This document shows, one piece after another, positions 20,037-28,242 of a stretch of 64,000 nucleotides of DNA; positions within the stretch are counted from its first letter, which is position 1; each line of letters opens with the position of its first letter. The stretch lies in the NCBI GenBank assembly GCA_947426525.1, contig CANEEJ010000004.1:2225-66224 (forward strand). Reading direction: 5' to 3'. The DNA is from an uncultured Clostridium sp. (lineage in GTDB: Bacteria; Bacillota; Clostridia; TANB77; CAG-508). Both the position numbers and the translations under genes were made by a program. Under the pieces are notes generated by a model. That model worked only from the letters and a program-made list of their open reading frames with translations. It did not search any database and had not been told where the DNA came from.

Positions 20037-20366
20037 CTAAATTAATGGACAAGTTTTGGACAAGTTGTCTTGTTTTAAAAAATCAATTATTATTTTTTTA
20101 CTTTCTTCAGTACTATAACCTTCTTCTTTGCATTTTTCAAAAAAAATCTCAACAACCTTTTCTTTTACTTTATATTTATTGCCAATATCCATCTTAAGCT
20201 TATTTAGTTCTTCATTTTTCATACTATACAATCCATCCCTTCTTTTACGATTTTTACTCGTCTTTAAAGGGTTGTGCTTTTTCTTTATTGTACTATTACT
20301 TCTCTTCTTTGTAAATACTTTTTTTCTTTGTTTTTTAATTTCTTTTACTATTACATCTTTTGTCAT
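20037..20366 (-). CDS. highly basic hypothetical protein
   Basis: GAGGGAG RBS precedes ATG at 20366. K/R-rich N-terminal half. Confidence 0.5.
   Translation of the reverse strand: MTKDVIVKEIKKQRKKVFTKKRSNSTIKKKHNPLKTSKNRKRRDGLYSMKNEELNKLKMDIGNKYKVKEKVVEIFFEKCKEEGYSTEESKKIIIDFLKQDNLSKTCPLI
20046..20061. repeat. GGACAAGTTTTGGACA, putative integrase arm-type site (copy 1)
   Basis: Identical 16-mer at 57094-57109. Both copies lie ~70-115 bp inside the att cores. Confidence 0.6.
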
Positions 20367-20633
20367 GTATAAACTCCCTCTTTCTAAAAATTTGACTTTT
20401 TTACTCAAAGAGGCTATACTAAGTTTATACACCTCTTTTGAGTGTGTTTCTGTAAGAGATAGTAAAGTTTGCCGACGGAACTATCTCTTTTTTTCATACT
20501 AATAGTATCACTAGTAATACTATTAGTCAATATTTTTATTATTTTTTCTAATTAATAGTGTTATTTTACAACATATTTTTAGTATAACCTCTTTTTCTTT
20601 TTTTGAAGCTTCTACTAATAAATAAATCCATTC

Positions 20634-20652
20634 TTGTCCACTATGGTGGAAA
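20634..20652. promoter_or_regulatory. 19-bp site TTGTCCACTATGGTGGAAA (copy 1)
   Basis: Identical to 20961-20979. Core is TCCAC-N4-GTGGA. Confidence 0.6.
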
Positions 20653-20706
20653 TTTTATAAAACGACATTTTTCTTCTATAAAATATAAAAATAGCACTTT
20701 TTAGTG

Positions 20707-20907
20707 CTATGGTATAACTTTGTATAATTCTTTAATATCTACATTCAAAGCTGCTGAAATCCTTACAAGAACTGAAATTGATGGTTCTTTTTCGTTCTTC
20801 TCGATATAATTTAAGTGTGATGTTGAAATCCCTGTTATTTTTGCAAGTTGTTGCAAACTTACTCCTTTTTCTTTTCTAATCTTTTTTAATAAAATCTCTA
20901 CTCTCAT
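20707..20907 (-). CDS. XRE-family HTH regulator
   Basis: SLQQLAKITGISTSHLNYIE helix-turn-helix. GGTGGAAAG RBS precedes ATG at 20907. Confidence 0.8.
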   Translation of the reverse strand: MRVEILLKKIRKEKGVSLQQLAKITGISTSHLNYIEKNEKEPSISVLVRISAALNVDIKELYKVIP

Positions 20908-20960
20908 GCACTTTCCACCTTTTTTCTTTAGTATGTTCAATTTTTCTTATAACATACATT

Positions 20961-20979
20961 TTGTCCACTATGGTGGAAA
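20961..20979. promoter_or_regulatory. 19-bp site TTGTCCACTATGGTGGAAA (copy 2, in the XRE promoter)
   Basis: Lies between a TATAAT-like box and the XRE RBS on the minus strand. Confidence 0.6.
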
Positions 20980-21008
20980 AACACTATTTTATTATACAAA
21001 AAGAAAGT

Positions 21009-21209
21009 CTATTCGACTTCCTCATCTACTTCTTCTACTAATGCTACTATATCTTGAAATTTCATATTTGACATGTATTTTAAAGTTTCTAGACTTAATA
21101 TCAAGTTGCTACACATTAGTTTCTTATATTCTGCTTCTGTTTTTATGTTATTTTCTTTAATTAGTTTTAAAGATTTTATATACATTAGTTGCATGTCTAC
21201 CATGTGCAT
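21009..21209 (-). CDS. hypothetical protein
   Basis: AAGGAGAG RBS; acidic C-terminus. Confidence 0.45.
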   Translation of the reverse strand: MHMVDMQLMYIKSLKLIKENNIKTEAEYKKLMCSNLILSLETLKYMSNMKFQDIVALVEEVDEEVE

Positions 21210-21287
21210 CACTCTCCTTTTTATTATTATAGCATAATTCTTGTGCTTTGTTTGTTGTAATTTGTCGAAAAGAAAAAAGAACTATTT

Positions 21288-21632
21288 CTAGTTCTCTTTC
21301 ATATAATTTGCATATGTATCAACAAATCTATTTAATTCGTCTTGTGTTACTGAACCAATTTTAAATTGTATTTCGTCTTCTGAAATTTCAATTAAGTCAT
21401 CGCATTTTACAATACTATCTTTTAATAAATTGTTTGTATTGTTTTTATTTAATCTTTCGTTGTATGGATATCCTTCTTTATTTAACTTTGAAGATAATAA
21501 AAATCCAAAATAATCAATATCTACTGCTTGTCCATCATCTATAATTACAAAGCTATGTCTTCTTCCTTTTTCTTCTGTTTTGTACATATAATTTGATACA
21601 AATACTATATCTCCAACACCAAACTTTTTCAT
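21288..21632 (-). CDS. PemK/MazF-like toxin
   Basis: GDIVFV...RRHSFVII...IVKCDDLIEIS pattern of the MazF SH3-like barrel. ATG at 21632 follows a GAAGGAG RBS. Confidence 0.55.
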   Translation of the reverse strand: MKKFGVGDIVFVSNYMYKTEEKGRRHSFVIIDDGQAVDIDYFGFLLSSKLNKEGYPYNERLNKNNTNNLLKDSIVKCDDLIEISEDEIQFKIGSVTQDELNRFVDTYANYMKEN

Positions 21633-21633
21633 T

Positions 21634-21807
21634 TTATCTTGTCGCTCCTTCGTTTCTAGAAGTATAATATATGATTTCATCTTCTGTTAAAGCTGTTTCT
21701 TTTCCTTCGTTTGTTTCAGAGAAATCTGAATATTTTTTTACTAATCCCTTCTTTTTAGCTTTTGCAATTAAATCTGTTACTTTAGATTTATAAAGATTAT
21801 TAACCAT
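21634..21807 (-). CDS. putative cognate antitoxin (57 aa)
   Basis: Small ORF immediately upstream, adjacent to the toxin start. GGGAGG RBS. Confidence 0.45.
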   Translation of the reverse strand: MVNNLYKSKVTDLIAKAKKKGLVKKYSDFSETNEGKETALTEDEIIYYTSRNEGATR

Positions 21808-22182
21808 GTTTATACCTCCCTTCAATATTATTTCAAATTATATATATTTAATACTATATTATTTCAAAAAACTGAATTTTGATAATATTATTATATCATA
21901 AATTTAACATAATATCAAATATATGCTTATCTTTTGTATATTCTTTATATCATTAAATATTTAAAATTGCAATATATTTTTTTGTATTTTATTATATTTT
22001 ATTATTTTTTCCTTTATTTTTCTGTTTTATTCATTATTATTTTTTCTTGATATTTAGCCAAAAAATCGACTTACGAGAATCGATTTCAAGCCGTTTTTAT
22101 TTTGTGTTAGACATGTTGTATTGCCTGATTTTAGCTGTTTTCAAGGTTTTTGAAAAATTTTAAAATTTTTTTGAAAAAGTAC

Positions 22183-22211
22183 TTGACATTGACGTACCGT
22201 TGTTATATAAT
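22183..22211 (+). promoter_or_regulatory. consensus sigma-A promoter P1 (TTGACA-17-TATAAT)
   Basis: -35 at 22183-88 and -10 at 22206-11. The spacer shares TTGACGTACCGTT with P2. Confidence 0.8.
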
Positions 22212-22244
22212 ACATTTAGTCTAGAAGAAAGGAGGAAAAATATT

Positions 22245-22355
22245 ATGAAGAAAATAATAAAAGCGTTGCTAAACACTAAGATAGCCGACAAACTAATCGA
22301 TAAGTGCTTAAGCAAACGCTCAGTAATCGAAATAGCTAATACTATTTCAAAATAG
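22245..22355 (+). CDS. 36-aa peptide MKKIIKALLNTKIADKLIDKCLSKRSVIEIANTISK
   Basis: GGAGGA RBS 7 nt upstream. Followed by the GAGAGGG-tctt-CCCTCTC hairpin. Below the track length cutoff. Confidence 0.45.
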   Translation: MKKIIKALLNTKIADKLIDKCLSKRSVIEIANTISK

Positions 22356-22430
22356 CACTCGAGAGGGTCTTCCCTCTCTTGTAATATTATTATATACAAT
22401 AATATATAAAAAATCAAGGGAGGATTAAAA

Positions 22431-22604
22431 ATGGACAAAAGAATTTTAAACATAAACTTTTACAAAAGTGGCAGTGGTAGCATTTCCTCAAAGGTTACTT
22501 TGCCAATTACAATACTTAGAAAAATGGGATTTACAGAAGATGACAGAACAGCTGAAATGACATACGATGAAGAAAAAAATCAAATAATTTTAAAAAAATT
22601 ATAA
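22431..22604 (+). CDS. AbrB/MazE/SpoVT-like small DNA-binding protein (57 aa)
   Basis: GGGAGGA RBS. SSKVTLPITILRKMGF..DD resembles the swapped-hairpin AbrB fold signature. Confidence 0.55.
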   Translation: MDKRILNINFYKSGSGSISSKVTLPITILRKMGFTEDDRTAEMTYDEEKNQIILKKL

Positions 22605-22611
22605 AAAAGTA

Positions 22612-22640
22612 TTGACATTGACGTACCGTTATGTTATAAT
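22612..22640 (+). promoter_or_regulatory. consensus sigma-A promoter P2 (TTGACA-17-TATAAT)
   Basis: The 19-nt block TTGACATTGACGTACCGTT is identical to P1. Confidence 0.8.
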
Positions 22641-22791
22641 TAATTTAACAAAAGCAAAGAGACTAGAAAATCAGTCGTCAAACAAGAATTTTCTAATCTC
22701 TGCAACATCTTGAAAGATGTATGGGAAAAGTATACCATAAATTTATCCATCTTTCAAGAGTTTTAAGAAAATTTGAAAGGTGGTTTTTATT
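22641..22791 (+). ncRNA. structured ~150-nt leader with alternative helices
   Basis: 13-bp stem 22658-70/22689-701 with 1 mismatch. TCTTGAAAGA (22708-17) can pair locally or with TCTTTCAAGA (22751-60). Confidence 0.4.
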
Positions 22792-23034
22792 ATGAAAAAA
22801 TTATTAATCGATGGAAGAGATATTGAAAATTGGAACTGGGATTTAGAAACAGATAGTTATGGGACAATTAAATGCATAGGAGAAGGAATTGTATTACATA
22901 GAGGAAGAGAAAAAAGCAAGCATATATACAAATATGAAGGAAGAAAATATATAGTAGACGAAACAAACAGTTTTAATACAGAAATATTAGACGTTACATT
23001 AATAGAGATAAGCGAAAAACAAATAATAGAATAA
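22792..23034 (+). CDS. hypothetical protein (80 aa)
   Basis: GAAAGGTGG RBS; no motif recognised. Confidence 0.55.
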   Translation: MKKLLIDGRDIENWNWDLETDSYGTIKCIGEGIVLHRGREKSKHIYKYEGRKYIVDETNSFNTEILDVTLIEISEKQIIE

Positions 23035-23055
23035 GAAAGGTAAAGGGTGATTAAT

Positions 23056-23388
23056 ATGAAAACTAATAAAATTTATGAAGTATGCAAAAAATTAAAGGAA
23101 GAAGAAAGAATTAAGACTTGGTATTGGGCTAATTGGAGATATTGGAACAACGTTCCGCAAATTAAACTAAATAACGGTGCTTTAGTAACTTTAGCTGAAG
23201 AATATTGCTATATGGGAAGTAAATCTATAAGAACTTTAGAAAGTAAATCTAAAAAAGAAATTAATAATATAATTAACAAAATTCTAGAAAACGAAAAATA
23301 TCTTTGTTGTGATAATTGTTACGATTATGAACATGCTATAGATGCTAAAAAAATGATAGAAATACAAAAAATCTGTGCAGAAGACTAA
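23056..23388 (+). CDS. hypothetical Trp/Cys-rich protein (110 aa)
   Basis: AAAGGGTGA RBS. Contains WYWANWRYW and CCDNC. Confidence 0.55.
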   Translation: MKTNKIYEVCKKLKEEERIKTWYWANWRYWNNVPQIKLNNGALVTLAEEYCYMGSKSIRTLESKSKKEINNIINKILENEKYLCCDNCYDYEHAIDAKKMIEIQKICAED

Positions 23389-23406
23389 TACTGGAGGGAT
23401 GTTAAA

Positions 23407-24278
23407 ATGAAATTATATGATTTATTTGAAGCATATTTAGAAAATAAGGTGTTAGCAGAAAGCACTAAAAGAAGCTTGGAAGGAGATATAAAAAATGTGT
23501 ACAAACCATTTTTTAGGAACATTGAAATAGAACAAATAACGATGGATGACATTTGTAAATTTATAAATTTTAAAAAGGCTACTTGTGTGAAAAATGTTAC
23601 AATTTATGGATATTATAGACGTTTAAGTGCTTTCTTTAATTACGCAATAGAGAGAAATTTGCTTGTAAAAAATCCATGTAAAAATGTAAACATAGAACAT
23701 ACTTCTAATGTAAAAAAAGATTTGGATTATTCTAAACACTACATTAAAGAACTACTAAAATTATTTAAAAATACAAAATTTTATTATATGGTGCTATTTG
23801 ACTTACACACACGGATTACGAAAATGTGAATTACTTATATTAAAAAAAGAAGATTTTATTTTTAAAAGATTATTTGGCTTTTATTTTCCAACAAAACTAG
23901 TCGTAAAATCTCCGAAAACACACAGAATTAGAAGTATAAATCTAGATTTTAAAATTTCTTTCTTATTTATGCTTTATCTTAAAAATTTAGAAAAGGATGA
24001 ACTTTTATTTAAATTTAATGATTTTTATATAAGTAACAATTTTGGAAAAATCTTTAAATCTAGTAAGAATAAAAGAAAGATTAAACAAATACGATTTGCA
24101 GACATTAGACATATACACGCTTCTTACTTATTATCGAACTGTAAAAACAAAGCAAATTGCATAAAAATGGTGCAAGAAAGACTACGGACATTCTAACATA
24201 AGACAAACTTTTAATACTTATACGCATGTTCTAAAAGAAGACCAAAAACATGGTATTAGATGTCTAAATAAAATATAA
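23407..24278 (+). pseudogene. degenerate tyrosine recombinase (second integrase, at least 2 frame breaks)
   Basis: SAM-like N-domain in 23407-23829, core in 23798-24196 (RHIHASYLL). The C-terminal GHSNIRQTFNTYTHV is in a third frame, ending at 24278. Confidence 0.75.
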
Positions 24279-24284
24279 ATATAA

Positions 24285-24316
24285 AAAGCTAGACTAGAAT
24301 AATCTAATCTAGCTTT
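24285..24316. terminator. bidirectional terminator hairpin
   Basis: AAAGCTAGA-N14-TCTAGCTTT flanked by A- and T-runs, between convergent genes. Confidence 0.7.
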
Positions 24317-24322
24317 ATTTTT

Positions 24323-25054
24323 TTATCTAACTCCACCTAGCCATTTACAAAATCCAATTTTGTAATTATTGCTTCTATCTACTTTATATCTTACCATTGC
24401 TCTATTATTAAATATTCCAAAGCAATCACAACTTTCTCGTGGATTTAGACTTCCAATTCTAACGGTACAATTTGTATCTCCATATACAGTTTCACTTGTA
24501 CTTCCATTTTGATATGTCTTCATTTCTATATCCCTCCCATCATTTTTTACATTGTTATATATTACTGTTTGTCCGTTTAAATATGTATTTACCATATTTA
24601 GAAATCTTTGCCATCCCATATCTAAAGTCCTATGTGGGCAATACTTTCCAGACCAATCTTGATGTTTTTTTACTCTATCGATTCCCCATCCATATTGCTT
24701 CAAAAGATGTGCTACATATTCAGCTGTCAGTCTTTCAGCTTGTTCAAATTTTTCTCCTCCAGATTTGCTGTAACAGATTTCTATTCCTATGCTTTTCATA
24801 TTTCCATTACCTCTTCCGTCTCCAGCATGCCAAGCATTTCGATTAAACGGTATAGCAGTTACTACTCTTTCGTTATCTACAGCAACGTGGAAAGATGTCT
24901 TATTGTTATTTCCAATCATATAGCTTATTTCTGCCATAGCACTAGCATCATTAGCTGTATTATGTATTGTTATGTATTCTGCTTGCATTTCAAATGGACA
25001 TTTTATACTATACTTATTTCCTGGCATTACTACATTAGTTATTTGCATTTTCAT
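24323..25054 (-). CDS. endolysin: N-acetylmuramoyl-L-alanine amidase (Amidase_2/PGRP) with SH3b-like C-terminus
   Basis: ITIHNTAN...NAWHAGDG...HQDWSGKYCPHR, with position next to the holin. Confidence 0.88.
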   Translation of the reverse strand: MKMQITNVVMPGNKYSIKCPFEMQAEYITIHNTANDASAMAEISYMIGNNNKTSFHVAVDNERVVTAIPFNRNAWHAGDGRGNGNMKSIGIEICYSKSGGEKFEQAERLTAEYVAHLLKQYGWGIDRVKKHQDWSGKYCPHRTLDMGWQRFLNMVNTYLNGQTVIYNNVKNDGRDIEMKTYQNGSTSETVYGDTNCTVRIGSLNPRESCDCFGIFNNRAMVRYKVDRSNNYKIGFCKWLGGVR

Positions 25055-25157
25055 CACCCGCCTCATATTCAATTTCCAAAGTATTTTCTGCAATATTTTT
25101 TTGATACAATTCTTCTGTAAATTCTACATTTTCAATCATGATATTATCTTCTTCCAT
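25035..25157 (-). CDS. 40-aa acidic peptide between holin and endolysin
   Basis: GGAGGAG RBS; overlaps the endolysin start. Confidence 0.4.
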   Translation of the reverse strand: MEEDNIMIENVEFTEELYQKNIAENTLEIEYEAGDENANN

Positions 25158-25159
25158 AC

Positions 25160-25507
25160 TTACTCCTCCTTGTTGTTTAGCTTTTCCTTCAATTTCTGTG
25201 GCATTTTAACGCCTAATTTATCGCAATTTTCTGCTAGACTAGATATTTCCATTAAACATATATAACCTACTGCAAAATATAAAATTAGTTCAGTTCCAAG
25301 TGCAAATTTTGTTAAAATTCCAACTAGAACATAAACTAATTCTCCAAATTTTTTAGATAATCCTGCTCTCATAACAGAGCTTTTGAAATCTCCATTCCTC
25401 CAAGCAATTACTAATCCTGTTAAAACATCTACTATAATTAACAACATTGGTGCTAGTATAGCCCACCAAATACTTGTAAAATGTATATTTTGTATTAATT
25501 CTTCCAT
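25160..25507 (-). CDS. holin (phage_holin_4 / TcdE-like)
   Basis: Three TM segments, with position upstream of the endolysin. Confidence 0.8.
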   Translation of the reverse strand: MEELIQNIHFTSIWWAILAPMLLIIVDVLTGLVIAWRNGDFKSSVMRAGLSKKFGELVYVLVGILTKFALGTELILYFAVGYICLMEISSLAENCDKLGVKMPQKLKEKLNNKEE

Positions 25508-25508
25508 T

Positions 25509-26888
25509 TTATTCCTCCGTTTCTGCTACTGCTGCAGCATTTAATTTACTATTTATAAATAATTCTAAATCTTTGCAATACTCTACATCGAAAACTGGGC
25601 TTATTGGGTCTATACTGTATATATGTGTTTTTTCTTTGTAGCTTCTTGCTTGCATTAGTTTGTTGTAAGCTTCTTTTTGTTCTGTACTATATTCTTCTAG
25701 CTCCTCTACTGCTAATAAATAATTAACCGTAACTGGTGTTCCATTTGCTTTTTGTTGTGCTAGCCAGTTATTTGCTTGGCTTGCAGTCGTAATTGTTTGG
25801 TCTTCTAAAACTAAAACTAATACACCACCACCGCCAGTTATGTAACAATTTCCTGTTTCAACTCCCACTTTGTTACTGTTTTTGAAATGGCTACAATAAG
25901 CTTTTGATGCATTTATAGCTGTTTTAGAAAAAACTACTGTGCAATAATATATATCATTTGTATGCTTTACTACGGTATTAATTTTTAGTCCATTTGTTAC
26001 TCCATCTAGCTCTATTTCTTTTCGCACGTGATGTATTTCATCTTCTGCCAAATAGTCTCCTGTATGCAATCTTTGCTTAAGTGGAAATGTAATGTTTTGT
26101 TCTTTGTGTTCTTCGTAGTTTGTTGCTATATTATTTTCCTCTACTTTGATTTTAGCAGATAGCATATCTATATTTTCGTTTGAATTGCTTCTAAAACCTA
26201 ATCTTACATAATATATAGAAGAATTATCTGGAATTTTATATTTGTCTGTAACACCTCCAACCAGTACACTGCCTATATTTTCCATTTCTCCGTTTGTTTT
26301 TAAGAAACCTAGACATGTTTTATTTTTATCATAAAAGAAAATTTGTGATTTGTAATTTTGTACAATTTTTTGATTAGCATGTACTCTTATATAGTCTGTT
26401 GTTATACTTTTTTCTTCGTTTATTAGAAGTCCTGTTTTCCAAGTAATTGCTTTGTTTTCTGTACATGTTTCTCTATTGTATAGATTTTTATTACAAATAG
26501 TAAAATCAATGCTATCCTTGCAACTTTTTATTGTGCTTATAAATTCTGCGCTAGGCATGTCATCGCTCGTCTCCTGCCATGTATTCCCCGAAATTTGCAG
26601 CTTCTTAAACGTCATATCTGCGCTATCCTCTAGCGTTACACTTTCTCCATTCTCTACTCCACTCGGCAATGTATTTTTAAAATCTAAGTTCTCTTGCTGT
26701 AGTCTTTTATTTTCTGCTTTTAGAGTTTCTATTTCTGTACTATTTGTTTCTATTTTTGTGTTTTGTTCTCCATGTGCTTCATCAACCTTATCCCAGTTTC
26801 CATTCAAGTACTCTTCTACATCAAATTCATTTGTATTTGTTTCTACATTGTCATGTTTTTTTAGTTTAAGATTTGTTGTTTCACTCAT
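25509..26888 (-). CDS. tail fiber / receptor-binding protein
   Basis: N-terminal coiled coil and position after the collar-domain fiber. Confidence 0.6.
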   Translation of the reverse strand: MSETTNLKLKKHDNVETNTNEFDVEEYLNGNWDKVDEAHGEQNTKIETNSTEIETLKAENKRLQQENLDFKNTLPSGVENGESVTLEDSADMTFKKLQISGNTWQETSDDMPSAEFISTIKSCKDSIDFTICNKNLYNRETCTENKAITWKTGLLINEEKSITTDYIRVHANQKIVQNYKSQIFFYDKNKTCLGFLKTNGEMENIGSVLVGGVTDKYKIPDNSSIYYVRLGFRSNSNENIDMLSAKIKVEENNIATNYEEHKEQNITFPLKQRLHTGDYLAEDEIHHVRKEIELDGVTNGLKINTVVKHTNDIYYCTVVFSKTAINASKAYCSHFKNSNKVGVETGNCYITGGGGVLVLVLEDQTITTASQANNWLAQQKANGTPVTVNYLLAVEELEEYSTEQKEAYNKLMQARSYKEKTHIYSIDPISPVFDVEYCKDLELFINSKLNAAAVAETEE

Positions 26889-26899
26889 TTTATCACCTC

Positions 26900-27907
26900 C
26901 TAGCTAATTTTGTATCCTACTACTCGTGTTATGAAATTGCTGTCATCTGTAGTAAATGCGCTTGATGAACTATCAAAATATCCTAAATTTGCACGTATAA
27001 CATTTATTCTTTTTTCACTTATTGTTACTGTTTTTGCGTAAGTATATATAGCTATATTTGTTGTATATGTTGCACTTAAAGAAACTGTTTTTCCGTTTAC
27101 ATTGTATAGTCTACCACTGCTATAAACAAAATCTGGTCTTCTGCTTTGTATTTCTATATAATCGTAGTTTGCCACACTGTCAGTTAATTCAATGTTTCCT
27201 GTTGTTCCTGTTTCATTTTCATACAGCACAGTTCCTACAATTTTTTCTTTTAATTCTTTTCCTTTTTTTGCTGAAAGCGCATCGACTTCACTAACACTTT
27301 CTAAGCTGTCTACAACAGTTGCTACTAATCCAGAACTTTGTTTTGCTTTTATTATAAAGTTGCAAACTGTGTATGGCTGTAAGTTGTTATGTGCTTGTCC
27401 CCCACCTGTATTTTTGCATTCTATTGTACTGCCAGCAACTGTATTGTTTCCTTGTGCACCTCCGCTTCCAGCCATATTTCTATTTACTAGTGTGTTATTG
27501 GTCAATGTGTGGTTGTGAGCTGGCATCTCTTCTACAATTAACTTGTGTGTCTTTTCGCCTCCTGTTTTTCCTAATGTATCAAAATCTGTATCAGTAGTTT
27601 CTTTTCCTGTTACTACTTTCCCTCTTAAATCTGGAATATTAAATGTAGTAAACCCATCTCCATCTCCATATCGAGTTCCTAGTGTATTAAATAAATATGC
27701 ATATGTTTCTCTGCTGATTTCTGCGCCATTGCACAATAGCCAATTTTCTGGAATTGCATCACTTCCGAAAGGAATAATACTTCCAATCGGTAAAGTATCT
27801 CCAGAAACAGCTCCGTCAATATCTTGCTTTATCATATCTTGCATATTATTTAAGTTGGTATCGTTTATAGCTGGCTTGTTTGTATTGTTAAATTTGATAT
27901 ATGGCAT
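26900..27907 (-). CDS. tail fiber protein with phage tail-collar domain
   Basis: PIGSIIPFGS...PENWLLCNGAEISRETYAYLF..LG..YG.GDG.TTFNIPDLRGK. Confidence 0.8.
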   Translation of the reverse strand: MPYIKFNNTNKPAINDTNLNNMQDMIKQDIDGAVSGDTLPIGSIIPFGSDAIPENWLLCNGAEISRETYAYLFNTLGTRYGDGDGFTTFNIPDLRGKVVTGKETTDTDFDTLGKTGGEKTHKLIVEEMPAHNHTLTNNTLVNRNMAGSGGAQGNNTVAGSTIECKNTGGGQAHNNLQPYTVCNFIIKAKQSSGLVATVVDSLESVSEVDALSAKKGKELKEKIVGTVLYENETGTTGNIELTDSVANYDYIEIQSRRPDFVYSSGRLYNVNGKTVSLSATYTTNIAIYTYAKTVTISEKRINVIRANLGYFDSSSSAFTTDDSNFITRVVGYKIS

Positions 27908-27918
27908 TTTACTTTCTC

Positions 27919-28119
27919 CTATCCTTTATATATTTTTTCTAATTCTTCAACTTCAATCTCCTTTTTTCTTCTTGTCTCCTCGTAAATATCTTTCAGAATT
28001 ATTTCAAGCAAGAAAAAAGACAAGTGATATTGATTGCACAATTTATTTATAAAATCTATCAATTCTTTTTTTGATTTTTCTACTACTATCGCTAAAGGTA
28101 TTTTTTCTTCCTTTTCCAT
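27919..28119 (-). CDS. hypothetical tail-module protein
   Basis: Tightly packed ORF. Confidence 0.5.
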   Translation of the reverse strand: MEKEEKIPLAIVVEKSKKELIDFINKLCNQYHLSFFLLEIILKDIYEETRRKKEIEVEELEKIYKG

Positions 28120-28123
28120 GTTG

Positions 28124-28228
28124 TTACTCTCCCACTATTTTTTCTTTATTTATTAAATCTGGTCTACAAGTTTCATAACTTATATTAGTTTTATTACCTA
28201 TCTCCTCTTTTTTCTCTTTATCTTCCAT
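28124..28228 (-). CDS. 34-aa hypothetical peptide
   Basis: GGAGGA RBS; tightly packed. Confidence 0.3.
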   Translation of the reverse strand: MEDKEKKEEIGNKTNISYETCRPDLINKEKIVGE

Positions 28229-28242
28229 CCTCTATCCTCCTA

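Noticed and set aside
22160-22453. 97-aa minus-strand ORF across the twin-promoter island.
   Set aside because: It lies antisense to two plus-strand small ORFs that each have a GGAGG-type RBS and a perfect upstream promoter. Its translation is hydrophobic low-complexity and it has no RBS.
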